A stretch of 60,205 nucleotides of DNA, counting the filler. It is 4 parts of 4 records of this genome, joined end to end, with 100 filler letters (N's around TTAATTAATTAA, not from the genome) between each part and the next. Parts side by side here need not be neighbours in the genome. Positions count along the whole stretch, not along the records: positions 13,747 to 40,700 come from SRR20825006_399; 3 more parts are not named here. One strand, 5' to 3'. The notes under the pieces are model-generated. The model searched no databases. It was given only the letters and a program-made list of their open reading frames with translations, and was not told where the DNA came from. Position 1 is the first letter of the stretch; every line of letters starts with the position of its first letter. The translations under genes and the position numbers were made by a program. Below, one piece after another: positions 22,236 through 31,839 of the stretch.

Positions 22236-23017
22236 TGTCAGCACCACACAATCAATCGAACCTGCCGCCGCGGCAGCCCTCCATCAACGGGACAGAAAGC
22301 AAACTGCTTTCGGAAATCAAGGCTCAGGTTTTTCAGGGCCCCTATCAGGGGCTCGGCGAACGTCATCACGTTACTGCCGACGCCAAGGCCGGTATTGACT
22401 GTTTTGACTTGCATGATCCCGAATGCCTTTCCCCGCTGCTGGATCACTATTGCAAGATGAAATATCCCAATGATGATCGTCGTGCCGCGGTTTCGATGTG
22501 GTCACAGTGGTATTTCGGGCTTCTTCTATCGCCTATGCTGGTCATGGGTGCCTGGGGGGAAGTAGTACTGCCGTTTCAGGCTGGCTTTGTCAGCATGAAG
22601 TCAGATGACGTCAATTGCCCGGTGGGGTTTGATTTAACCGACAGGCACGTTCGCCAAACGGTCACCGATCCTGTGGCACCTTGTTCATGGGCACATTTTG
22701 ATGATCTGATCTCCATGCATCTCACCCCTCTGATCATGTCGCTTTCAACCTCATCAAAGGTTTCCCCCAAAGTATTCTGGTCAAATGTTGGCGTGTTAAT
22801 TGCCTATGTCGAAAAACACGTTCTCAAGGACAGCCGTATCTCGCTTGTACCGCTGATCAGTGATGCAAAACGCCCCGACGATATGCGCAACCCTCTGGCA
22901 AATCCATACAGCACCAAACAATCAGAAGATGGCAGTCTTTCCAGGCGTGTCTGTTGCCTGCGGTATTTGCTCACCAGTGTCAAAATATGCCCCACCTGCC
23001 CGCTCGCAAAACTCTAG
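22232..23017 (+). CDS. fhuF: Ferric-siderophore reductase
   Basis: SMWSQWY, WSN and C-terminal CC-X10-C-X2-C [2Fe-2S] motif (RRVCCLRYLLTSVKICPTCP). Confidence 0.9.
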   Translation: MMSAPHNQSNLPPRQPSINGTESKLLSEIKAQVFQGPYQGLGERHHVTADAKAGIDCFDLHDPECLSPLLDHYCKMKYPNDDRRAAVSMWSQWYFGLLLSPMLVMGAWGEVVLPFQAGFVSMKSDDVNCPVGFDLTDRHVRQTVTDPVAPCSWAHFDDLISMHLTPLIMSLSTSSKVSPKVFWSNVGVLIAYVEKHVLKDSRISLVPLISDAKRPDDMRNPLANPYSTKQSEDGSLSRRVCCLRYLLTSVKICPTCPLAKL

Positions 23018-23071
23018 AAATTCCACAAGCCCCTTGCATAACTGCGTTCACTTTCCGGACACGCAGTTTTC

Positions 23072-23102
23072 CTTACTGAAAGCGATCAGAAATCCCGTCT
23101 CA
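23072..23102 (+). promoter_or_regulatory. Putative ECF promoter, class A, upstream of the second sigma gene
   Basis: CTTACTGAA-agcgatcag-AAATCCCGTCTCA, same layout as 15822-15852. Confidence 0.65.
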
Positions 23103-23195
23103 TGAATCATGAGGCGGGTTTGGAGCACCATCAGGCCCTGCTCAAAAAACAAAAGATGTATCGACCTCACGGAGAGTGCAAAGCCACGTCCCAAA

Positions 23196-23214
23196 TTTGC
23201 AAGTGACTATTAAT
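23196..23214 (+). promoter_or_regulatory. Putative Fur box
   Basis: TTTGCAAGT-G-ACTATTAAT, resembling the box before the first sigma gene. Confidence 0.4.
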
Positions 23215-23250
23215 TTCACTTGCGAGCAAACCAATGGAGACTATTGGAAA

Positions 23251-23814
23251 ATGCACCTATCAAACCGACTTGAGCCGAAATCCTTTGAGCACAAACAGAG
23301 ACACGAACTGCTGATCAAAACCCGGGACATTGAAGGAAAGCTGCGTCGCATTGCCCAATCCATCGTCAAATGCCCACATCTTGCAGATGATATTGTTCAG
23401 GACACATATGCCAAACTTCTAACTATACAGATTGACGAGGAAGTCTCCACGCCAAGTGCATTTATCACCCGCATTGTACGCAACATGGCCATTGACAAGG
23501 TGCGGCAGATGACATTTGAACGCAGCCTGTTTTCAGGCAGTGACCAAACCGAGTTCTGCCCGGCAGGTACTGCCAATTGTCCGGAAGCACGACTAAGCGG
23601 ATGTCAGGCCCTGCGCGTCATTGAACACACCTTGCAGGAACTGCCGCCCCATGTTCGCAATGCTTTTTATCGCCACCGTGTCGATGGGTATGCGCAAAAC
23701 GTCATTGCCAGAGATATCGGCGTTTCAAAGGCATCTGTCTGCGCCTATATTCACCTGGCCGATCAAAGTTGTCGCAAGGCCCTGCAAAATGCCGAACTGG
23801 TGCGTCCCGCCTGA
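23251..23814 (+). CDS. Iron-starvation ECF sigma factor (PvdS/PbrA/RpoI-like), no adjacent anti-sigma
   Basis: KCPHLADDIVQD, RIVRNMAID, LPPHVRNAF..DG..IARDIGVS, SCRKAL; start moved to ATG 23251. Confidence 0.88.
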   Translation: MHLSNRLEPKSFEHKQRHELLIKTRDIEGKLRRIAQSIVKCPHLADDIVQDTYAKLLTIQIDEEVSTPSAFITRIVRNMAIDKVRQMTFERSLFSGSDQTEFCPAGTANCPEARLSGCQALRVIEHTLQELPPHVRNAFYRHRVDGYAQNVIARDIGVSKASVCAYIHLADQSCRKALQNAELVRPA

Positions 23815-23834
23815 TTGGTAAGGAGGGATCGGCA

Positions 23835-23861
23835 GCCGGGATAAAAACTATTTATCCCGGC
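23835..23861. terminator. Hairpin between the convergent sigma and monooxygenase genes
   Basis: GCCGGGATAAA-aacta-TTTATCCCGGC, a perfect 11-bp stem. Confidence 0.7.
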
Positions 23862-23888
23862 CGCTTGCCGATCAATTATCACACCATA

Positions 23889-25199
23889 CTATCCCCACGC
23901 CTGAACCACAGCGCCATCTGCCACATGCGTCCCATCTGCAACCCAATCGACAATTGGCCGGTTTTGATCGAGATCGAACACATTCTGCCCCATCAGTGCA
24001 TTGACGATCTTCGCACTGCGCCATGCCATCAGGCTGAGCTGTGGTTCAAAGATTCCCAGATCAATACGCCCGGCATTTTGAACGAAGATGCTACGATCAG
24101 CCGGGCCATCCCAACAGGCACGAAAATCCGCATCAAGCCGGTAGGCACCAGACACACCTTCTTCAAGACGTGGGCGCAATGGTGCCATGAATTCCGGCAA
24201 GGCCGTTTCATACCCTGTTGCAAGGATCAATGCATCGACATGGAAGAATTCAACATCCTGATTTAGGCCGTTGCGCGCCGCTATCCTGAAATCTTCCCCA
24301 TCATGCTGAACCTGAAAGACCTCACGTTGCGGCAACAATCGCGCAATGACGTTACCCTCATCAAGATATCTTTGCCGATAGATCAGCTGATAGATCGACT
24401 TCAATGTCGAAAGCGAAGCCCCGTCACTTGCCAGCTTCTGGCGCGACATAAGCTCCTGCTTCCGGCTATCGTGCAATCTGGCAAAGATATCAGCATATCC
24501 GGGGGTGAAATATTCATTCACAAACGGCGTATCATCAAGTGGCTCAAAATTATCCCGCCGTGACAGCCAAAGGACTTCTTCCACATTCCCGTCATTTCCG
24601 CCAAGCAGATACTCCACAAGCTCCGCCCCGCTCTGACCACCGCCGATAACCGCGACCCGTTTGCCATGCAAATCAGGCAATCGCGATTTTGCCTGGCTTG
24701 TATGGAAACATTTCTCAACCGGCAGATGACGTGCCCAACCGGGCACAAAAGCAGGCTTTCCGATGCCAATTGCAAGATTGCGCGCCACATAGGTGCCATT
24801 GTCTGAACGCACCTGGAAGTCATTGCCGTCAAATTCGACTTCCCGCACCGCATTATTGAACAGAAGCCCGCCAAGATGATCCGCAACCCATTTCAGATAC
24901 GCTGCAAACTCCCGACGCGGTACGGCTGCAAAATCGGCATTCATGAAATCAAGCATACGTTTCTGGCTGACCATGTAGGACAGAAACGACCATTTGCTTG
25001 TCGGGTTGGTAAGGGTCACAAGATCCTTCAGGAAAGATGTCTGAAGTTCAACACCGGGCAGCATCATGTCGGGATGCCAGGCAAATTCAGCCTTTTGTTC
25101 CAGAAATGCATATTTCACATCGCGAACGTCATCAAGTTGTGCCGCAAGACTAAGATTGAAAGGACCAATCCCGATCCCGACCAGATCCAGCTTATCCAT
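23889..25199 (-). CDS. Lysine/ornithine N-monooxygenase (IucD/VbsO/PvdA family)
   Basis: GIGIGPFNLSLA FAD motif, LQTSFLKDLVT, GGGQSGAE NADPH motif, ILATGY; start moved to ATG 25199. Confidence 0.93.
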   Translation of the reverse strand: MDKLDLVGIGIGPFNLSLAAQLDDVRDVKYAFLEQKAEFAWHPDMMLPGVELQTSFLKDLVTLTNPTSKWSFLSYMVSQKRMLDFMNADFAAVPRREFAAYLKWVADHLGGLLFNNAVREVEFDGNDFQVRSDNGTYVARNLAIGIGKPAFVPGWARHLPVEKCFHTSQAKSRLPDLHGKRVAVIGGGQSGAELVEYLLGGNDGNVEEVLWLSRRDNFEPLDDTPFVNEYFTPGYADIFARLHDSRKQELMSRQKLASDGASLSTLKSIYQLIYRQRYLDEGNVIARLLPQREVFQVQHDGEDFRIAARNGLNQDVEFFHVDALILATGYETALPEFMAPLRPRLEEGVSGAYRLDADFRACWDGPADRSIFVQNAGRIDLGIFEPQLSLMAWRSAKIVNALMGQNVFDLDQNRPIVDWVADGTHVADGAVVQAWG

Positions 25200-25212
25200 C
25201 TTCTGAGTCCTT

Positions 25213-27939
25213 CTAATTGCCTGAAAATTCGGAGCTGACTGTCTGTTCAAACGCACGTTGCAAACGTCGTCCAAACAGTCTGTGAAATGCAGGGTCACCA
25301 ATGATGGTCAAATGGTCTGTGCCAGGAATGTGTTCTGGTTGCTCGGCCCGACGTGACAGGGCCTGCCAGTCAATGAGATCAAGCTTGCGACTTACGGTAT
25401 CACCTGCCAGCCAGGATGCGATTGGTGCGTCATAAGGAAGAAGTTCATGGCGCCGAAAGACAAGGGCATTATCAATCAGCACCCAAAAAGTGTGCTCCCG
25501 TGTCCCAATTCCTGGACCATCTATCGGAAGGCCAAATTCGCTTTTACCGACGAAATGGACAAACTGCGCATAGGCAAGATCATCCATCAGCGCCAAAAGG
25601 CGTTCCCATTCCTCGCGCATTGCGGTTTGTTGTAGCCAGCGGCGAATGTTGCTTTCGATCTCCTCACGCTCCCCCGGTTGGAATTTTGGTCGGGCATTCA
25701 GATCAAAATCATCATCCATGTCACAAACATCGACCATACCGATCAGACGCAGATCAATATCGCGGCCCAACATCCGGGCGGCTTCATAGGCAAGCAAGCC
25801 TCCCCACGACCAGCCAAGAAATGCACAGGATCGTCCTTTGGCCTCGCGATGCACGATCTCGGCATAGCGTGCGCTAATGTTTGATACAGAAACGTCAAGT
25901 TCCTGACTGTCTGAAAGCGAATGGCACATGAACCCCACAGCCGATTGATCCGCACCAAGGCTTTTAACCAGTTTCATATATTCACGCGTGCTGACCAGAA
26001 GCCCGGGGAAACAATAAAGAACGGGCTGCTCTGACCTGCCTTTCTGCAAATGCACGATGTCAGCACCCGGTTTGCATTCCGGTTCAAAAAGCGCAGTCAA
26101 AAAGGTTCGGACTGTCGGGAAATTGAAAAGATCGGTGATTTCAGCATTTCTATCCGGGAACTGTTCACGAATCTTTCCCAGCACCCGAAGAGCGGTGATC
26201 GAGTTTCCCCCGATTTCAAAAAAATTATCGCTAACGCCAATGTCATCAAGTCCCAGTGCCGATTTCCAGATCGCAAGCACAGCGATCTCATCATCATTTG
26301 CAGGAAGCGTTATCGTACCTTCCCGACGTGGCAGAGGAAGCTGTGCCTTGTCGACCTTGTGATTGGCATTGAGCGGAAGCATCGTCATCTCAATGATGTA
26401 ACCAGGCACCATTGAGCTTGGTAAAAGCTGCTGCAAGCGCGCACGAACTGAGCGGGTATCAACCGACGCACCCGATCGCGGAACCACATAGGCAATCAGT
26501 TCAAGCCGGGATGCAACATCCGCCGCGATAACCACGCAGTTGGCAACATCATCAAACCCGCGCAGGACAGTTTCAATTTCCGCTGGTTCAATCCGATGAC
26601 CACGGATTTTGACCTGATCATCGACACGTCCGGCAAACTGTATCATGCCGTCTGGCAAGAAACGCCCCAGATCACCGGTGCGATACATCCGCGCGTCATC
26701 GGCAAGCGCAAATTTGTCATAAACAAAAAGGCTGTCGGTCTTTTCCGGCAAATTGTTATAGCCGCGTGCCACACAATATCCACCAAGATGGATTTCACCG
26801 ATCTCGCCATCGGCAACCGGATTGCCATCACCGTCAAGGATATAGGCCCAACGATCACCAACCGGACGTCCGATCGGGGCGGTCACCGTCTCACAAAGCT
26901 GATCCTGATTAACCCGCCATAACATTGGGGTCATCACCGTTTCGGTCGGGCCGTAACCATTGATCAGATAGCGTGAATTGATCGCACGAGCGATGCGATT
27001 GAAGGTTTCTTTTGGCATTGCCTCGCCACCAAAAGAACAAAGCGTCAGATCAAGTGTCTGTTCCTTTTCACGTAACCAACCGGCCAATTCATGAACGTAG
27101 CTTGTGGGAAACGATGCATGCGTAATACCGTGATTGCGGATCGCACCGACCGTGTCTTCGGGTGTCCAGAGAAGCTGGTCTGGCAACAGAATGCTACCCC
27201 CGGCCATCAGCGGGACAATCCATCGTTCGTGGCCACCGTCCGAAGAAAAAGGAAGAAATGGCAGTTCCCGCGATGTTTCATCCATAAGATAAAGCGGACC
27301 AGTCGCGTTCAGATGATCAACGAGAGGACCGTGATCAACCATCACGCCCTTTGGCTTTCCTGTCGAACCAGATGTGTAAATGACATAGGCCAATTGATCT
27401 GCACTCGGTGTTGCAGCTTCAAACCGGACTTCCTCTGTCCCGACATCTTCAACCAGAACGGCTTCAAGATCATGGTTGCCCAAGCTTGCCAAACTATCGC
27501 GGCTGGTTACGGCGAAACGCGCACCGCAATCAGATAGCACATGCCGGTTGCGGGTTTCGGGATGCTGTGGGTCCACCGGAACAAACGCACCACCTGACTT
27601 CCAGATCCCCAGAATAGCGGCAATCGCCATCGCTGACTTCGGCAAAACAACAACAACAACGTCACCAACCCCAACACCCCTTGCCACAAGCGCATGTGCA
27701 ATCGCGTCCGAGGTTTGCTTCAAACGTTTGCGCGACCAGTCATCGTTCGTCGCCAGAATGACTGTCCGGTCCGGATCGCTTTGGCAAAAACGGTCAATGA
27801 CTTCATGTGGATACCCCGTCATGGGCCAAGGGGCCTCTGCCCAGGGTAATCCATTCGCAATCAAGTGCTGGTCTGACTTGGAAAAGGGCTTTGTAGCCAA
27901 ATCAAAAGAAGCGGCAGATACCGCCTGAGAACAGTTCAT
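25213..27939 (-). CDS. Stand-alone NRPS with A-T-TE domains and no condensation domain
   Basis: YVIYTSGSTGKPKG, NGYGPTE, YRTGDL, GRVDDQVKIRGHRIE; PCP FFEIGGNSI; TE GWSWGG; start at 27939 or 27951. Confidence 0.92.
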   Translation of the reverse strand: MNCSQAVSAASFDLATKPFSKSDQHLIANGLPWAEAPWPMTGYPHEVIDRFCQSDPDRTVILATNDDWSRKRLKQTSDAIAHALVARGVGVGDVVVVVLPKSAMAIAAILGIWKSGGAFVPVDPQHPETRNRHVLSDCGARFAVTSRDSLASLGNHDLEAVLVEDVGTEEVRFEAATPSADQLAYVIYTSGSTGKPKGVMVDHGPLVDHLNATGPLYLMDETSRELPFLPFSSDGGHERWIVPLMAGGSILLPDQLLWTPEDTVGAIRNHGITHASFPTSYVHELAGWLREKEQTLDLTLCSFGGEAMPKETFNRIARAINSRYLINGYGPTETVMTPMLWRVNQDQLCETVTAPIGRPVGDRWAYILDGDGNPVADGEIGEIHLGGYCVARGYNNLPEKTDSLFVYDKFALADDARMYRTGDLGRFLPDGMIQFAGRVDDQVKIRGHRIEPAEIETVLRGFDDVANCVVIAADVASRLELIAYVVPRSGASVDTRSVRARLQQLLPSSMVPGYIIEMTMLPLNANHKVDKAQLPLPRREGTITLPANDDEIAVLAIWKSALGLDDIGVSDNFFEIGGNSITALRVLGKIREQFPDRNAEITDLFNFPTVRTFLTALFEPECKPGADIVHLQKGRSEQPVLYCFPGLLVSTREYMKLVKSLGADQSAVGFMCHSLSDSQELDVSVSNISARYAEIVHREAKGRSCAFLGWSWGGLLAYEAARMLGRDIDLRLIGMVDVCDMDDDFDLNARPKFQPGEREEIESNIRRWLQQTAMREEWERLLALMDDLAYAQFVHFVGKSEFGLPIDGPGIGTREHTFWVLIDNALVFRRHELLPYDAPIASWLAGDTVSRKLDLIDWQALSRRAEQPEHIPGTDHLTIIGDPAFHRLFGRRLQRAFEQTVSSEFSGN

Positions 27940-27983
27940 GGTCGTCTCCATGCTGACAAAGCAATTATTGCATTTGCAGGGGA

Positions 27984-28010
27984 GACGATCCGTTCGGATG
28001 TAAATTCAGT
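27984..28010 (-). promoter_or_regulatory. Putative ECF promoter, class B (NRPS operon)
   Basis: Minus strand CTGAATTT-N14-CGTC; same spacing as two other copies. Confidence 0.65.
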
Positions 28011-28039
28011 TTTTTCTGCACGCAAACGCAAAAAAGATC

Positions 28040-28066
28040 ACTGAACTTCCTGCCCTCTCACTCGTC
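28040..28066 (+). promoter_or_regulatory. Putative ECF promoter, class B (acyltransferase operon)
   Basis: CTGAACTT-cctgccctctcact-CGTC. Confidence 0.65.
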
Positions 28067-28128
28067 CGGACTAGAGCAAGATAATCGGCCCCAATGGGCT
28101 GGCACCATGGAAACAAGGAGTCCCGGAC

Positions 28129-29211
28129 ATGAATGTCATGACACAAGAAAGCCCAACACAATCCTCGATGAAAACATTTCAGATCAAACACTTCCAGCAG
28201 GTGGGCAGGCGGCATTCCGTAGTCGAAGGTGGGCACCTGCACATGTCTGGCGAAAACGAGAATCACGACTTTTATTTTACACTGACATCAAATCAGATCG
28301 TCCTTGATGATATCGCCAGTATGACTTTATGTGTTCTTGACCAATATGGTTTGGCTGCTTTGGCCGAGGCGCTTTTTGCCGTTCATCCGGCACGCTATGA
28401 AATCCGCCTTCCCAATCAACTTGATCCTGACTGGCTTAGCCAGATGGCCCGAAGTGGATTGATTACTCACACTGCAGGCGACAATACCATCTATTCAGGT
28501 GACCTATACCAACTGTCTCTTAACTGGCTGGAGCATCCTGAAAGGAATAGCTTTCCGCTACGCTACACCTCAACGAATGGCCGTCGCCATCCGGTTCGTC
28601 GACCAAGCGCGCACCAGACGCTCTATTCCCGCTACATTCCATGGATCAATAAAACGATCCGTTTTGAACGGGCTGATCCAACGCGCCACCTTGGGTATTT
28701 CCATAAATGGATGAATGACCCACGCGTAGATGTTTTCTGGGAAGAATCTGGCACGGAAGCGAAGCACCAGTCCTTCCTTGAAAACCGGCTGAATGATCCC
28801 CGGACAGAACCGCTTATCGGATTTTTTGATGATGCACCTTTCGGGTATTTCGAACTCTATTGGGCCCAGGAGGACCGGCTGGGCGAACACTACACGGCCG
28901 AGGATTTTGATCGTGGCTGGCATGTTGCAATCGGTGAGGAAGCTTTTCGCGGCAAGGAATACCTTACAGCATGGTTGCCATCACTGATGCACTATATGTT
29001 CCTTGATGATCCTCGCACCCAGCGGATCGTCGGCGAGCCCGACGCTGGTCATGATCAGCAAATCCGCAATCTTTTACGTTCAGGCTTTGCCGGTCTCAAA
29101 CAGGTTCGCTTCCCGCACAAAACATCTCTTTTGGTGATGCTGCTGCGTGAACGGTTCTTTGATGACCGGCTTCATGTTCCGGACTTTGTTCGTAACGAGG
29201 ATATATCCTGA
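28129..29211 (+). CDS. N-hydroxy-amino acid acyltransferase (IucB/AlcB/VbsA-like GNAT)
   Basis: RHPVRRP, HKWMNDPRV, PFGYFELYWAQEDRL, DRGWHVAIGE, FLDDPRTQRIVGEP, FPHK. Confidence 0.9.
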   Translation: MNVMTQESPTQSSMKTFQIKHFQQVGRRHSVVEGGHLHMSGENENHDFYFTLTSNQIVLDDIASMTLCVLDQYGLAALAEALFAVHPARYEIRLPNQLDPDWLSQMARSGLITHTAGDNTIYSGDLYQLSLNWLEHPERNSFPLRYTSTNGRRHPVRRPSAHQTLYSRYIPWINKTIRFERADPTRHLGYFHKWMNDPRVDVFWEESGTEAKHQSFLENRLNDPRTEPLIGFFDDAPFGYFELYWAQEDRLGEHYTAEDFDRGWHVAIGEEAFRGKEYLTAWLPSLMHYMFLDDPRTQRIVGEPDAGHDQQIRNLLRSGFAGLKQVRFPHKTSLLVMLLRERFFDDRLHVPDFVRNEDIS

Positions 29212-30569
29212 TGCGTAAACGCGAACTTCCGGACTTGAATGATCCTGCGATCATGCGTTTGATCCTGCGACTGGCCTTGCCTTCTGTAGCGGGGCTTTCG
29301 ATCAATGCGATCAATCAGGTTGTCGATGCCTTTTTTGTCTCGCATTATGCGCTCAGTGCCATGGCTGGTGTAACACTCTCCATCCCGTGCTTCATGCTTG
29401 TCGGTGCCATTGGTCATGGATTGGGTATCACGGCCTCAACCGAAATTGGTCGCGCGCTTGGTCGTGGAAATGCAAATAATGCAACTCGTGCAGCTTCACT
29501 CGCATTGGCGCTGGCGATCATATTCGGAATTATCGTTGCCACCCTGATCTTCCTCTTTCATGTTCCGATCCTGCATATCCTTGGTGCAAGCGGTGACGCC
29601 TTTGGTGAAGCTGCAATCTATATGCGGATTCTTGGTGCCTGCGCCATCCTGGTACTTTTGCAGATCGTATGTGATTTCATTGCAATAGGCGAAGGCAACA
29701 GCCGGTTCTCCATGTACACCCTGATCGGATCGTTTGGTCTGAACATGACCCTTGATCCGATCCTGATTTTCGGGTTTGACATGGGTGTTGCCGGCGCGGC
29801 CTGGGCAACCGTTATCTCGCAGGTCGCGGCCCTTTGCGCATATATCTATTACTTCCGCATACGTCTGGGCCGTGTGCATCCAGCGGTATCGGCTCTTCGT
29901 CAACTGAAATGGCGACCTGCCCTTTATCCTTTCGCAAAGCTTGGCATACCGGCAAGCTCGACGACTATACTTGCATCCGTTTGCTTTGCCATTTTGATGC
30001 AGGCGGCAAACGTCCATGGAACCGAGGATGAACTGGCCGGACTGGCCATTTCTCTTCGCATCGTGCTGCTGGCAATCCTGCCAATCATCGGCTTTTGCCT
30101 TGGAGCACAACCTATCCTGAGTTATGCGGCCGGTGCCCATAATCAAAATCGCTTTGATGCCGTTTTCAAAGGGATCGTTCTTTATTGCACTGGTTTTTCG
30201 TTAAGCTGTGCCCTTATTGCATTTCTGTTTGGTGATCTACTGATCACGGCATTTGTTGATCGTGCAGAGCTTGTCGAATTTGGAGGGCATCTGCTTGATA
30301 TTCTCGCCATCCAGATCGCCTGCATCGGGATTTACCAACCAATGGTGTCGCGGTTTCAGGCCGCCAACAATGCCCGGCACGCCGCGATGGTAAGCATGGC
30401 CCCACAAGGTTACATCCAGATCCCGCTCGCCATCCTTTTACCAATGGCCGTCGGGTTTGATGGAATTGTGATGGCACCGGCACTTGCCGCTGTGCTGACG
30501 ACCCTGCTTGCGGGTTTCCTTACCTTTTCGGGGATCAGATCACTTCCCATCAAGGAGCTTTCATCATGA
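29211..30569 (+). CDS. MATE family efflux transporter (probable siderophore exporter)
   Basis: LALPSVAG..QVVDAFFV, LDPILIFG..GVAGAAWAT; TGATG overlap with the acyltransferase. Confidence 0.88.
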   Translation: MRKRELPDLNDPAIMRLILRLALPSVAGLSINAINQVVDAFFVSHYALSAMAGVTLSIPCFMLVGAIGHGLGITASTEIGRALGRGNANNATRAASLALALAIIFGIIVATLIFLFHVPILHILGASGDAFGEAAIYMRILGACAILVLLQIVCDFIAIGEGNSRFSMYTLIGSFGLNMTLDPILIFGFDMGVAGAAWATVISQVAALCAYIYYFRIRLGRVHPAVSALRQLKWRPALYPFAKLGIPASSTTILASVCFAILMQAANVHGTEDELAGLAISLRIVLLAILPIIGFCLGAQPILSYAAGAHNQNRFDAVFKGIVLYCTGFSLSCALIAFLFGDLLITAFVDRAELVEFGGHLLDILAIQIACIGIYQPMVSRFQAANNARHAAMVSMAPQGYIQIPLAILLPMAVGFDGIVMAPALAAVLTTLLAGFLTFSGIRSLPIKELSS

Positions 30570-31762
30570 ATGAACTGCCCTCAAAACCATTGAGTATACA
30601 TCAGGGAGAAACACGGCATTTGGGTGCGCATGACCCAAATTATGAACGACATTTCCGTGCTGTTTCTCAACCGATTTATCAAACATCCCTTTTCGCATTC
30701 CGTGATTTTGACGACATGGCAAATGCCTATGCCGGGAATCCGGGGGGACCGATCTATGCCCGTGGCGACAACCCGACTGTCATGGCGTTCGAGCGCGAAA
30801 TCGCCCGGCTGGAGAATACCGAAGCCTCCCGGGCGTTTGCCAGTGGGATGGGTGCTATCAGCGCAACGGTCATGGCTCTTGTTGCGCCAGGTGATCGAAT
30901 TGTGACTGTCCATAATGTCTATTCGGATGCCTATCGCCTGTTTGAAACGATTCTCAGGCCAATGGGGGTCGAGATTGACTATGTCGATGGCAAAGATACC
31001 GATGCCGTTATTGCCGCTATTACGGATGCAAGGTTACTGTTTCTGGAAAGCCCGACATCGCTGACCTTCGAGTTACAGGACCTTGAAAAACTCGCCACTG
31101 CTGCGAAGTCAAACGATGTCATTACGGTCATTGATAATTCTTGGGCGACACCTGTTTTTCAAAAACCTGCGGATCACGGCATTGACCTTGTCATTCATGC
31201 CGCATCAAAATTCCTGTCAGGGCATAGCGATACCGTGGCAGGCGTTGTTACAGGGCGTCAATCATTGATCGACCGTATCAATGCATCGACCTTCCCCTAT
31301 CTTGGTGGAAAGCTTGGCCCGTTTGAAGCATGGCTTCTTCTGCGTGGGCTTGATACCCTCGAATTGCGCATGCAAAGGCACGCCCTGAACGGAGAATATC
31401 TGGCCAGAAATCTTGCCGTGCATCCACAGGTTTCATCCGTGCTTTATTCCGGTTTCAGTGACCACCCCGGAAGTAAAACCCTGCACGGTCATTCCAGCCT
31501 GTTTTCGATCATTCTTGATGACGCCGTTGATATCCGGGCTTTTAGCAACGCACTTCGAATATTTCGCCTGGGTGTCAGTTGGGGCGGCCCTGAAAGCCTT
31601 GTCGTGCCTGCGGCTGCGGTACTTGATCAGAAATACGATGTCAGCGCGTTCCGTCACTTCAAACTCAACCCCCAACTTGTCCGCATCTATGGCGGGCTTG
31701 AGAACCCCGAACACCTGCTTGCCGACCTCAAACAGGCAATTGCCGTCGGTCTGAAACGGTAG
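30566..31762 (+). CDS. Cys/Met-metabolism PLP-dependent enzyme (trans-sulfuration family)
   Basis: PIYQTS, YARGDNPT, FASGMGAI, ESPTS, DNSW, ASKFLSGHSD (PLP lysine), VSWGGPESL; ATGA overlap with MATE. Confidence 0.9.
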   Translation: MNELPSKPLSIHQGETRHLGAHDPNYERHFRAVSQPIYQTSLFAFRDFDDMANAYAGNPGGPIYARGDNPTVMAFEREIARLENTEASRAFASGMGAISATVMALVAPGDRIVTVHNVYSDAYRLFETILRPMGVEIDYVDGKDTDAVIAAITDARLLFLESPTSLTFELQDLEKLATAAKSNDVITVIDNSWATPVFQKPADHGIDLVIHAASKFLSGHSDTVAGVVTGRQSLIDRINASTFPYLGGKLGPFEAWLLLRGLDTLELRMQRHALNGEYLARNLAVHPQVSSVLYSGFSDHPGSKTLHGHSSLFSIILDDAVDIRAFSNALRIFRLGVSWGGPESLVVPAAAVLDQKYDVSAFRHFKLNPQLVRIYGGLENPEHLLADLKQAIAVGLKR

Positions 31763-31790
31763 ACGCGGGCTTTCCGGAACGACCAAAAGC

Positions 31791-31818
31791 AAAGGGCGCC
31801 CAGACGGCGCCCTTTTCG
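31791..31818. terminator. Bidirectional intrinsic terminator
   Basis: AAAGGGCGCC-cagac-GGCGCCCTTTT between convergent genes. Confidence 0.85.
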
Positions 31819-31839
31819 TTCTTTGCCAAACAGACAGAA

